Source of the DNA: Octopus vulgaris
Lineage: Eukaryota
DNA: 64,000 nt
NCBI GenBank assembly: GCA_951406725.2
Contig: OX597819.1
Coordinates: forward strand, 29,574,001-29,638,000
Direction: 5' to 3'
Position numbers and translations under genes: made by a program. This document shows positions 25,312 to 36,504 of this stretch, in pieces. Position 1 is the stretch's first letter. Each line of letters begins with the position of its first letter. Below the pieces are notes generated by a model, which saw only the letters and a list, made by a program, of their open reading frames with translations, was not told where the DNA came from and did no database searches.

Positions 25312-25697
25312 GTGGAAGCACTCCATCAGTTACGATGATGAGGGTTCCGGTTGATCCGAATCAACGGAAGAGCCTGCTCGTGAAATTAACGTGTAAGTGG
25401 CTGAGCACTCCACAGACACGTGCACCCTTAACGTAGTTCTCGGGGATATTCAGCGTGACACAGAGAGTGACAAGGCCAGCCCCTTGAAATACAGGTACAA
25501 CAGAAACAGGAAGTAAGAGTAAGAGAAAGTTGTGGTGAAAGAGTACAGCAGGGATCACCACCATCCCCTGCCGGAGCCTCGTGGAGCTTTTAGGTGTTTT
25601 CGCTCAATAAACATTCACAACGCCCGGTCTGGGAATCGAAACCGCGATCCTATGACCGCGAGTCCGCTGCCCTAACCACTGGGCCATTGCGCCTCCA
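25312..25697 (-). mobile_element. SINE family C, tail type 2 (young copy)
   Basis: Intact CpG-rich head ggaggcgcaatggcccagtggttagggc...gtttcgattccc. Confidence 0.9.
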
Positions 25698-25811
25698 GAG
25701 TAACCAAAGTATAGTAACCAAAGTCAGAATGAGCTGTATAAAGATCAGGGAGCCATTTACGACTGATGTTATTTTGTCTCCATGTCAAGAGTAGTTTGAA
25801 TGGTGTTTGCA

Positions 25812-26722
25812 TATCATCATCATCATCATCATTGTTTAACTTCGCTTTCCATGCTAGCATGGGTTGGACAATTTGACTGAGGGCTGGCGAACCAGATGGC
25901 TGCACCAGGCTCCAATCTTGATCTGGCAGAGTTTCTACAGCTAGATGCCCTTCCTAACGCCAACCACTTCGAGAGTGTAGTGGATGCTTTTACATGCCAC
26001 CGGCACAGGGCCAGTCAGGCGGTACTGGCAACGACCTCTCTTGAATCTTTTACACATGCCACCGGCACAGGTGCCAGTAAGGCAATGCTGGTAATGATCA
26101 CGCTCGAATGGTGTATTTTACGTGCCACCAGCACGGAGGCCAGATAGCCGCTCCGGCAATGATCATGCTCGGATGGTGCTCTTAACACCCTACTAGCATG
26201 GGACTCGAGTGCCTGTAAGGTGACGCTGGTAACGATCACACTCGAATGGTGCCTTTTATGTGCCACTGGCATGGAAGTCGGTTAGCCACTCTGTCAACGA
26301 TCACACTCAAATGGTGCTCTTTGCACCCCGCTAGCACAGACGCCAGTCATAGAATTTGATTTTGATTTTGATTTCACTTGCCTCAACAAGTCTTCACAAG
26401 CAGAGTTTTAGTGTCCAAAGAAGGAAAAGGTATGCATAAGTGGGCTGGTTACGCCCCTGGCATAGGCCACGAGATTATGGTCTCATTTGGCTTGCCAGGT
26501 CGTCTCATGCACAGCATATTTCCAAAAGTCTCAGTCACTAGTCATTTACTTGGTGAGGCCTAAAGTTCGGAGGTCGTGCTTCACCACTTCATCCCAGGTC
26601 TTCCTGGGTCTATCTTTTCCACAGGTTCCCTCAACTGCTAGGGTGTGACACTTTTTCACACAGCTATCCTCATCCATTCTCGCCACATGACCATACCAAT
26701 GCAGTCGTCTCTCTTGCACACA
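25812..26722 (-). mobile_element. 5'-truncated RTE LINE
   Basis: VQERRLHWYGHVARMDEDSCVKKC..GKDRPRKTW matches C-terminus of 59250-62594; repeat-expanded 3' UTR; (ATG)n tail. Confidence 0.9.
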
Positions 26723-27184
26723 GGCAATATTACATGTTAGCATAACACTGACACTGAAAACAAACGTGAAGGCTGAAAAAGAATGAGGTGAGCCTGCTTC
26801 ATTGGATAAGTAGTGTACTTCAGCAACAAAGAACAAATGAGCCAAGAGAAAAACTGGATATAAGGAAAATCAGATAGAGTGTGTAATAGTGAATACTGAG
26901 TTGTGATGTGAACAAAATATGACACTTGTGTAGAGAAATGTCAAGCAATCAAAGCAAAAGGAATCTTTTAGAAGGCGGAGAAAAATAATGAAGATATGAA
27001 AAAAAATTAAGGTTGATATTAGGAGGCGACAAACAACCACAACAAGTGGCAAGACTGTGCTAGAGAATATTTGACCAACAAGCAGGAAAAAATATAAATG
27101 TAAAATGATGATGATGATGATGATAACTATTTTTTTCTCTCTAGTTTCAGCTCAGAGCTGTGGCCATGCTGATGCACTGTCATT

Positions 27185-27580
27185 TATCATCATCATCATC
27201 ATCATCATTTAGCGTCCGTTCTCCATGCTAGCATGGGTTGGACGGTTCAACTGGGGTCCGTGAAGCTGGAAGGCTTCATCAGGCCCAGTCAGATCTGGCA
27301 GTGTTTCTACGGCTGGATGCCCTTCCTAACGCCAACCACTCCGTGAGTGTAGTGGGTGCTTTTTACGTGCCACCGGCACGGGGCCAGTCAGGCGGTACTG
27401 GCAACGACCTCGCTTGAATGGCAACGGCCTCGCTTTTACGTGCCACCAACACGGGGGCCAGACAGAGCTGGCAAACGGCCACGAACGGATGGTGCTTTTA
27501 CGTGTCACCGGCACGGGGGCCAGGCGAGGCTGGCAACGGACACGAATGGATGGTGCTTTTACATGTCACCGACATGGGGG
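27185..27580 (-). mobile_element. RTE LINE 3' UTR fragment
   Basis: Same tail, four UTR modules. Confidence 0.85.
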
Positions 27581-27930
27581 GATAACTATAAATATATATT
27601 ACTATATATATTTATGCATTTAAGTCATCTAAGTGTGCCAGAGAGGAAAAGTACTTAGAGCATGTAATAGAGTTTACTCATTTCTTTGTAGTAAGGGAAT
27701 GAAGCTTCAGTCTTGAATAACACAATAACATACAAACACACACACACACACACATACACACATACACACACATACACACATGTGCATGCACACACAAACG
27801 CATGCATGCACACACACACACAGCTGTGGTAAAACAAACAAGAGAAAATAGAACTCAACATATGAGTACACATATACACTTTCTTATTTGTGTCCTTCTG
27901 TCACTTGAGAATAATAAAAAGTATATATAC

Positions 27931-28003
<73 letters not shown>

Positions 28004-28322
28004 CACATATACATATACACATGTAGCAGAAAAATACAAACAATAAGGTATACATAAGTAGTAATGTATATGTATATGTATGTATATATATATATATAGT
28101 CTGACCCATGCCAGCATCGAAAACAGGCATGAAATGATGATGATATGTGTGTGTGTGTGTGTTTTATTAAACCTACAAAAACATAAGTAGTAAAGAAATG
28201 CAAACAGCTAGCCAACAAAGATCATGCGAATGTAGAATTTTTTAGAACTGTACACTCAACAGTATCTGTTGCAAAGTTGATAGTAAACGGTGCAAAAGTT
28301 GAATCCTCAGCAGTAGTGAGCC

Positions 28323-28549
28323 TTAACCCTTTAGTGTTCAGATTATTCAATCAAACATAATACCTGTTGATTCCCATTGATTTGAATTAATTATGCATTT
28401 TCTCATATCTTCAAGATCTTGATGGTGTAATTACTTAATGTAGAATAACATTGTAGGGTAGGTGTGAGAGCCTGGATCTGGTCAGTTTGAACATAAAACA
28501 GATTAGCTATTTTGGCCAGGTATGGCCGGTTTAAATACTAAAGGGTTAA
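28323..28549. mobile_element. piggyBac-type MITE
   Basis: TTAA-CCCTTT ... AAAGGG-TTAA; relatives at ~44840-45013, 48365-48516, 51120-51295, 53935-54168. Confidence 0.8.
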
Positions 28550-29017
28550 ACATATATTGGGGCAATGGAACTCACATTCAAAAATTATTATTACAAGCAT
28601 AAACAAAAAATGTGATACAACTTTGTAGAAGTTTATATGGTTCTTGTGTGAGACAAGTCCCTATGAATTTAAAATTACCTGGTCTATTGTAGATAATGTG
28701 CAACCTTACAGGAATGAGAGCCTCAAATCAAAGATGTTTGAGTGAAAAACTGAGTTTTAACTCAAGGTACCAACAATTTGAAAAAAAAAGAATTGAACTG
28801 TTAACACTTTGTATGCATGTGGCTAAATATCTTTTATTCAAATACGAGCCTTCAGGAATTTTGTGTTTTCAAGATGTTTGATTAACAATGTTTATTGTTA
28901 TGTGTTTTAAATATATGTGGGCTTGTGATTTTTGTGTGAGTATATGTATATAGGCATTTGTGTATATGTATACATGAATATATAATTCTGTATATATATG
29001 TGTATCTATGAATGTAC

Positions 29018-29093
<76 letters not shown>

Positions 29094-29634
29094 CTGTGCA
29101 GGTGCATGCAAAATGAACACTCGCATACACACTCATTGTTTTTTAAAAACATTAATTAAGAGTATTATTCAAAGGTATTATCTTGGAACATTGCATAAAC
29201 GGCAATGCAATTTCCTGACTTCGACTGTATGAAGGGTATGATGCTTATAAGATTATTGCCATGAAAACCAGAAATGAAATCAAAGGCATGAGCTTGAAGC
29301 AGCTGTTTGCACACGTGTTATTCACAAAGGTTTTAAAACAAAAGAATATAAGATAAGCATTTTCTTCCAACATGCACTTCATACTTCAAAACACATTCAG
29401 GCAGTTGATATTCAAAAGAAAATCAAGCTCCATTTACCAGCTGATGGTCGCAAACAACAGCTCTGAGTACAGGAAATCGGAGCCTTTCAGTTATAATGTA
29501 ATAAAGAATACTTCTGTATTGAGTCCTGTAATTTATTGCTTCTGTTAAATCAGCTGAGATTTATGTGTGTGTATGTGTATGTGTGTGTGTGTGTGTGTAG
29601 TATGCGCGTATAAATTCATATATATGTATATATA

Positions 29635-30530
29635 CAGTTGCGACCAAAATGTTAAGAATGGCATTGTTTTCGTCAGAAAAGTAGATATATTTTTTTATCA
29701 AAGTTGTTTTATATTCTATAATTTTCACAGACAATAAATACGATATTATTTGTTATTGCCTGAGATTTTGGTGTAATTTGAGAGGATAATACAAAAGTTA
29801 TGGATGACTTAGTGATTTACTGCAAAACCCATGGCAGCCAAAATGATCAGAATGGTTGCTTTTACTCCGTGTTTTAGTATATTTAACCAGCGAACTCTAA
29901 TGTTTTGAATTTGTTTACGTGACGGTTCGTTTACTATACATTAGTAAGAATATTTGCAGTGTACTTTGTTAGTATAATGCCACTTACTTCGTTACCTATT
30001 CATCAGCAGATTATTAAGCTTCGAAGGAAGGATAAGTTAAGTATTGGATCTATTGCAAAGATTGTTAACAAGTCAAAAAGTGTTATACACAGTATTCTTA
30101 AGGTCTACGATGATTGTGGTTCGTGTGAAGCAAGAAAGTTTACAGGTAGGCCAAGAAAAACGACAAAGAGAGAAGATCGTGCTATGGTAAAGTTGGTTAA
30201 AAAGGACAGATTTAAAACTGCTGCTGCTGTTTCTCGGAAAATGAGCATTGTATTGAAGAAAACTTTATCTCGAAAAACTGTGTCTTGTCGTTTAGTTGAA
30301 CATGACCTACAAGCAAGAGCACCTGCAGTGAAGCCACTGATCAGCTCCAAGAATAAAAAGTGTCATCTTACCTTTGCAACCGAACATGTGTTGTGGTCTC
30401 AAGAAAAATGGCAAACGGTGCATTTCAGTGATGAATCTAAGTTTATGCTATTTGGCTCAGATGGGAAAAGGTACGATGAGTGAAAAAGGTACGATGAGTG
30501 GTACTGAAAAAGGTACGATGAGTGAAAAAA
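29635..30530 (+). mobile_element. 3'-truncated Tc1-like (IR-DR type) transposon
   Basis: TA|CAGTTGCGACCAAAA TIR; inner direct repeat at ~29835; transposase ORF follows. Confidence 0.85.
29977..30483 (+). pseudogene. Tc1 transposase N-terminal part (paired-like HTH, GRPRK, first catalytic D)
   Basis: GRPRKTTKREDR and WQTVHFSDESKF motifs; ORF ends soon after first D. Confidence 0.9.
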
Positions 30531-30584
30531 AAGAACTTTTTATTGTAATTACTATTTGATGCCCTTACCATTTTGCAAATGTTT

Positions 30585-31205
30585 GTTCATCAATCAACCT
30601 GGTATAACTTTTATAAACACACCTTTATCTATTGATATAGTGTACTTCTTTATAGTTAAGCTTATCCATCAATCTGGTTATATCTCTCATAAGCCTTTGG
30701 TTTATCTATCAATCTATTATATCTTTTGTAAGTGCTACCTTAAAGAACTCCTTCAGTCATGAATGACCATGGGATTGCACCTAGAAAGTTCCCCTCTGAG
30801 GCACAAGTCCAGACAAGATTATTTCTGGAAGACCAGCAGTCACCAATGCATACCAGTCTCTCTTCTCCATGCCACTGATGTTATTCAAGAGAAAGGCAAA
30901 GGCTGATATAGCTTGGCTGGTTTGGTTATTAATCTGGTCTATAAATACTAGTATATCTTGTTATAAATTCTGGTTCATCTGTCAATTAGATATATCTTTA
31001 TATAAATACTAATTCACCTGTCAATCTGGTATAACATTTTACAAGTTCTGATATATCTATTTGTCTGATATATCTTTTATAAACGTGGGTATATCTTTTT
31101 TGTAAATGCTGGGTCATCTGTGAGTCAGATATATCATTTTGTAATTGCTGGTTTATCTATCAATTAGGTATATCTTTTATAACTGCTTGTTTATCTGTCA
31201 ATAAA
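30585..31205. repeat. Degenerate ~34-bp minisatellite interrupted by a SINE tail fragment (~30735-30915)
   Basis: tataaa.gctggtttatct.tcaatctggtatatctttt unit. Confidence 0.7.
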
Positions 31206-31802
31206 GCAATAATTTTTCAACCTCTGTTCCTTCAAGAGTTAAATGAATCGATAACAAATATGTACTGAAAATCTTGGGCATCTTTACATTTCTTATCAGC
31301 TGTCTCCTTGCTATAACTTTCCTTGATCTGCTTCTGTTAGCCTAAGTTTGCTAGGCTTATATTATTAAAAGCTGTCACCAAGTGGAAGGCACTAAAAATA
31401 GATCATGTATCTTCCTTCATGAGTCACATTAAAAAAAAAAGAAAACAACAGCAACAATAATCTAAATAAAGTTGATTAACCATGAAATTAAAATAAAATG
31501 ACAATGATATAACTTAATAAATCTACTGAATAACAACACATGAATGAAATATATCAAATGAAAGTAGATTATAATTTCTGCAGTTTAATCTCTTCTGCTA
31601 GGCTCAAAGAGAAAATATAAAGCTTGCTTCTTTTTCCATAAATTATTTTCTAGTGATATAACTGTAAAGCTATTGTTATATTGGTAAAGCCATATCATCA
31701 ATTTAGAACTGTAAAAGGATATTTTGATGAGATCCACCATATTCAAGATAATTGTTTTAGGATATTAATTTTGTAACATTGCAAACTGTTGGTTCATTAT
31801 CC

Positions 31803-32227
31803 ATATCTTTTTGTTTGAACGGCAGTTTTTAACATAATTTCTAGGTAACTAAAAAATTTTAAACTTCGTATACTGGTAGAATGTGTTTATAAAACATCTT
31901 TTTCTCTTGGCTTTATTGAGAAAATTCTATAGTTTGTAAGATATTTGTAGTTTTTTTTCTTCAATTTCTGCAATTTCAACCGATCACTGACGTCCATTGA
32001 GGTAAAAATCATTCTGTGCCGTATGAATATGTCCCTCGTTTAAGAAACAGATTGGGTTTATTTAAATTTGTGAAGAAAAAAAGATACCCTTCCCCCACCC
32101 CTAACCCTAACCCTAACTAATCCTAAAACAGATTGAAATGCAATAGATCGATACTAGGGTCATAATTATGGGTGACAATTTCATATGACACCACTAGAAA
32201 AAACTGCCGTTCAAACCGAAAATATCC
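31803..32227. mobile_element. GGATC-TIR MITE copy
   Basis: TSD cattatcc; internal (CCCTAA)n. Confidence 0.9.
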
Positions 32228-32317
32228 CATTATCCATTCATTTCTTTTGCAAAGCAGAGAATCATCTTACCAGAAGTCACTATTACTTAGTTAAATATAA
32301 TATACTTCACACATGTA

Positions 32318-32520
32318 AGGCAGCAAGCTGGCAGAATTGTTAGCACATTAGAGAAATGTTTATTAGCATTTCATCCATCTTTACGTTCAAATTCCACTGA
32401 GGTTGACTTTGCCTTTCCTTCTTTCAGGGTTGATAGAATAAATACTAATGAAGCACTGGGGTGGATGTAATTGATATAACCCCACCCCTAAAAATGCTGG
32501 TATTGTGCTAAAATTTGATC
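32318..32520 (+). mobile_element. SINE family B (decayed)
   Basis: ggcagcaagctggcagaa head plus core. Confidence 0.7.
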
Positions 32521-32614
32521 AATATAGCTAATATATGTCTATTGTTGGAAAACCAGAAGCTGCAGGTTTTTGTCTAAGAAAAAGATCCCTTTACATATAT
32601 ATATACTTTATATA

Positions 32615-32683
<69 letters not shown>

Positions 32684-32688
<5 letters not shown>

Positions 32689-33536
32689 CTTGATCACCTT
32701 GACCGACCAGTCCATCAGCTGTCCATTTGACACCGCTAGTCACAGCACGCTGTCCACTCCTCTCTGGATTGCACCTTTCTCATCCACGTGATCCCAATCG
32801 TCCTCCTGAAATCGTAACTCCACCATCGTGGAGGTCTTCCAGGTGGTCTTTTCCGCTCGCGTGGGTACCACTCAACAACTGCGTGCGTCCATCGATTATC
32901 AGTGAGCCGGGCGACGTATTCAGCCCATCTATACTTGCTGCGTGTATACTCTGCGATGGCATCTCTCACGCCGGACTTCTTTCTGATGATCTCGCTACTT
33001 ATGTGCTCTCTCAACAAGATACCAAGCATTGACCTTTCCATGGCTCTTTGAGCTGTTACCAGTCTTTGCTCATCTCTCTTTGTGGTAGCCCATGTTTCAC
33101 TACCATATAACATTGCAGGCAGAACTGCACTGTTAATGAGGTTGGTGCAGGTGGTCTAGTCCAACCTTCCCTTGAGCACATCCCTTATGCCATTGAACGC
33201 CTTCCATCCGGCCCTTACTCTCCATGAGATCTCCCTTTTGACATATCGGCACACATTTACCTCCTGTCCCAGGTAGACATAATCCCTTACCTCCTCTATT
33301 TCATCACTGCCGATCACCATTTGACCTGTTGGTACGTTGTCTGACTGCATGAACTTTGTTTTCATGCGATTCATCTTGAGACCTCCTGCAGAGCTTTTGA
33401 TGTCGAGCTCCATCAGCATGGTCTGAAGCTGATCCGTGTTTTCAGTGATGAGTACGATGTCGTCAGCGAAACAGAGGTGGGTGAGGAGCTCGCCATTGAT
33501 GTTGACACCACCAACATCAATGGTGTCAACATCAAT
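32684..33536 (-). mobile_element. 5'-truncated RTE-clade LINE (second family) inserted in (TA)n
   Basis: LTHLCFADDIVL RT motif, YVYLGQ, MLYGSETW, RWAEYVAR..RPPGRPPRWW; one stop; 3' repeat tcaaggtga x2. Confidence 0.9.
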
Positions 33537-33557
33537 ATATATATATATATATATATC

Positions 33558-34213
33558 TATAATTACTCAATAGTCAAGATAAAACTCTGAGTTTCAGATG
33601 CCGAAGTGGAAATCTACAACACCATCTCTTTGGTTATCTGGCCATCTGAAAAAACGCTATGAGAAAATACTGTTATATAAAGGGAAATTACTGTGTTATA
33701 ATTCTGCTACTTATATAAAATAAGATTAAAATTTCATAGTAAAACATGTAAAACATGGCTAGTCATATGCTTGCGGACCCACGTGCGTACTTATCGTCAT
33801 TATGAAAACGTACACATCTTCACTCGCATTTTTCGCCAAATATAAAAATGCGAGTGAAGATGTGTACATTTTCATAGTGACATATAAGTACGCATGTGGG
33901 TCCACGAGCGCACATGTGAGCGTATGACTAGCCATGTTTTACGTGTTTTACTATGAAAGTTTAATCTTATTTTATATAAGTAGCAGAATTATAGCACAGT
34001 AATTTCCCTTTATATAACGGTATTTTCTCATAGCGTTTTTTCAGATGGCCAGATAACCGAAGAGATGGTGTTGTGGATTTCCACTTTGGCATCTAAAACT
34101 CAGAGTTTTATCTTGACTATTGAGTAATTATACATATTATTTTATAGATAAATTTCCTTTATTTACATAATATTGAGGTCTCTTTCTTTCTTTTGTTATC
34201 TTACCGTTTTTGC

Positions 34214-34215
<2 letters not shown>
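33558..34215 (+). mobile_element. Non-coding element with ~275-bp 5' inversion and hammerhead-like motif
   Basis: 33558-33833 is the reverse complement of 33844-34132; flanked by (TA)n; HHR-like agataa-CCGAAGA-gatg..catc-t(G/A)AAAC-tcaga-GTT-ttatct at 34051-34113 and 33577-33639 (-). Confidence 0.7.
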
Positions 34216-34237
<22 letters not shown>

Positions 34238-34245
<8 letters not shown>

Positions 34246-34793
34246 TAAAAAATAGGATAAAATCTTTATAAGAAATTATCAAGTAGTTAGTGTGAAAAAC
34301 CTTGTAAGAGAAAAAAAATCTGTAAATTTTTTCAACTTTGAAAATACTTATTTATATTATATAGAGAGAGGTTCTTCACGCTAACTACTTGATAATTTCT
34401 TATAAAGATTTTATCCTATTTTTAAATTTATATTTTTCACCGGAATAGTTCAATACTGAATTTTTGTTCCGAGTAGGCAAGTTGTTACCAAAATGCATTG
34501 CAAAAAAGCCCGCCATTTTCATAGATATGTAAAGATAAACATTCATACATGCTGCGGCGAATTCTACGGTTGGTTGTCGGGTATGTGATGTTGTGTTTTT
34601 TCTTATATGTCTTGAGTTCGTTGCACTGAAGAGCATAGAATGCATATTCTGCATTGATTGCAAAATCACAGGTGATATGTAACTAAATTCTGTTTTTAAA
34701 TGACTCGCTTTGAAGTTTTGCATTCGGTACAATTTGTTTATTTTAGTAGTTTTGACTGCAAAAGTCCCTCCTAGCGTGCGGTACCTATGAATA

Positions 34794-34798
<5 letters not shown>
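34238..34798 (+). mobile_element. Non-coding element with 5' inversion and hammerhead
   Basis: 34238-34302 inverted vs 34369-34433; (TA)n on both sides. Confidence 0.7.
34614..34690 (+). ncRNA. Type I hammerhead ribozyme (G12 to A mutation)
   Basis: gttgca-CTGAAGA-gca..tgc-AAAA-tcac ag gtga-TA-tgtaac; single CpG-type change from GAAA. Confidence 0.75.
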
Positions 34799-34843
<45 letters not shown>

Positions 34844-34879
34844 TTTATATATCTATATCTATATATATATATTTATATA

Positions 34880-34933
<54 letters not shown>

Positions 34934-34934
<1 letters not shown>

Positions 34935-35878
34935 TTAATTAAGGGTAGAAATTGATATTTATCAATTAAGACCAGTGGTCTAGCATATTAAAAAAGAATC
35001 CGAAGATTAAAATATTTATATATACCAATTAAGGACTGAACATGTAAAGTGGACAGTCAACATGCTAGATTTAGACGTCAAATCGCCATTCTCCACAAAA
35101 GATTATGTTCTCAGATCAAACTCAGCACAAAACCATAGCAATAAACAAGTGAAAATATACAAAATAAATAATTACCCATGTAATTATTTATTTCCCATGT
35201 AATTTATTACCCATGTAATTATTTATTTCGTATATTTTCACTTGTTTATTGCTATGGTTTTGTGCTGAGTTTGATCTGAGAACATAATCTTTTGTGGAGA
35301 ATGGCGATTTGACGTCTATATCTAGCATGATGACTGTCCACTTTTCGTGTTCAGTCCTTAATTGGTATATATAAATATTTTAATCTTCGGATTCTCTTTT
35401 TAATATGCTAGACCACTGGTCTTAATTGATAAATATCAAGTTCTACCCTTAATTAATTTTATATAAATAAATATGTTCTCTAACCGATAAATTGACTGCT
35501 GCTAATTATTAGCTGCAGGCTAGTTTTCTCGGGTCTCAACGCGCCAAAGTAAAGGCATTTGAAAGATATATTCAAATGTAATAGGCTGTACTCCATGCAC
35601 GCGATATTTCGGTATCGTGTTTGCATCTAGTCCAGCAAATTGCATTTATATCGGACCATGCTGATGATGGCTGCAGTTTTCCTTGCGGAAAATAACAGCC
35701 GAAACTAATTAGTACATGGGTAATTATTTATTTTGTATATTTTCACTTGTTTATTGCTATGGTTTTGTGCTGAGTTTGATCTGAGAACATAATCTTTTGT
35801 GGAGAATGGCAATTTGACGTCTATATCTAGCATGTTGACTGTCCACTTTTCGTGTTCAGTCCTTAATTGGTATATATA
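34934..35878 (+). mobile_element. Retrozyme-like element: inverted 5' copy + 505-nt unit + ~155-nt direct repeat
   Basis: 35216-35371 repeats at 35721-35876; 34934-35180 inverted; flanked by (TA)n. Confidence 0.85.
35656..35719 (+). ncRNA. Type I hammerhead ribozyme (intact)
   Basis: ccatg-CTGATGA-t-ggctg..cagcc-GAAAC-taatta-GTA-catgg; palindromic stem III actaattagt; cleavage after A35714. Confidence 0.9.
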
Positions 35879-36274
35879 TATATATACTTCAGAGCTAGGT
35901 GAAATGAAATTATCCAAGAAATGACTATAAGAGCAACATACATGTATTTCAGTGTTGTTGCTGCTTGTCAATGTTACTCATGTTTCTTCCAAAATGAAAT
36001 TGAATCATTCAGTGTGAAGTATATAGAAATAGTGTAATAAACTACACAATTTTTTGCAAAGGCTCTTCACAAGAAGAATAAAATTTGGACCACACAATAG
36101 AAGTAGCTTTGTAGTGTACCATACTTAATGTATGTGTGTAGTTGAAAAGCCAACAAATATAAGTTTAATGAATGGAACATCTCATATAGTCCATGTACAC
36201 TTACTTGATTTAATTTTTTTGCTTTTTCATTTCAGTTATAAAATCCTTAATATTTGCATTCAACTATATAGTCC

Positions 36275-36504
36275 TTAACCCTTTCGTTACCAACCCGGCT
36301 GAAACCGCCTGTGGCTCTGTAGTACAAATGTCTTGTTTTCATAAGTTTTGAATTAAAATCTTCCACCAAACATTAGTCACAATTTATGCTCCTAACACCA
36401 GCTTAATGATAACTAAGTTATTTTACTAGATTCTTTATTTTATTTTAAATTAATTGAAAGAAATACAGAACATCTCAACAAAAATATGGTGACAAAAGGG
36501 TTAA
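36275..36504. mobile_element. piggyBac-type MITE (second family)
   Basis: TTAA-CCCTTTCGTTACC ... GGTGACAAAAGGG-TTAA. Confidence 0.85.
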
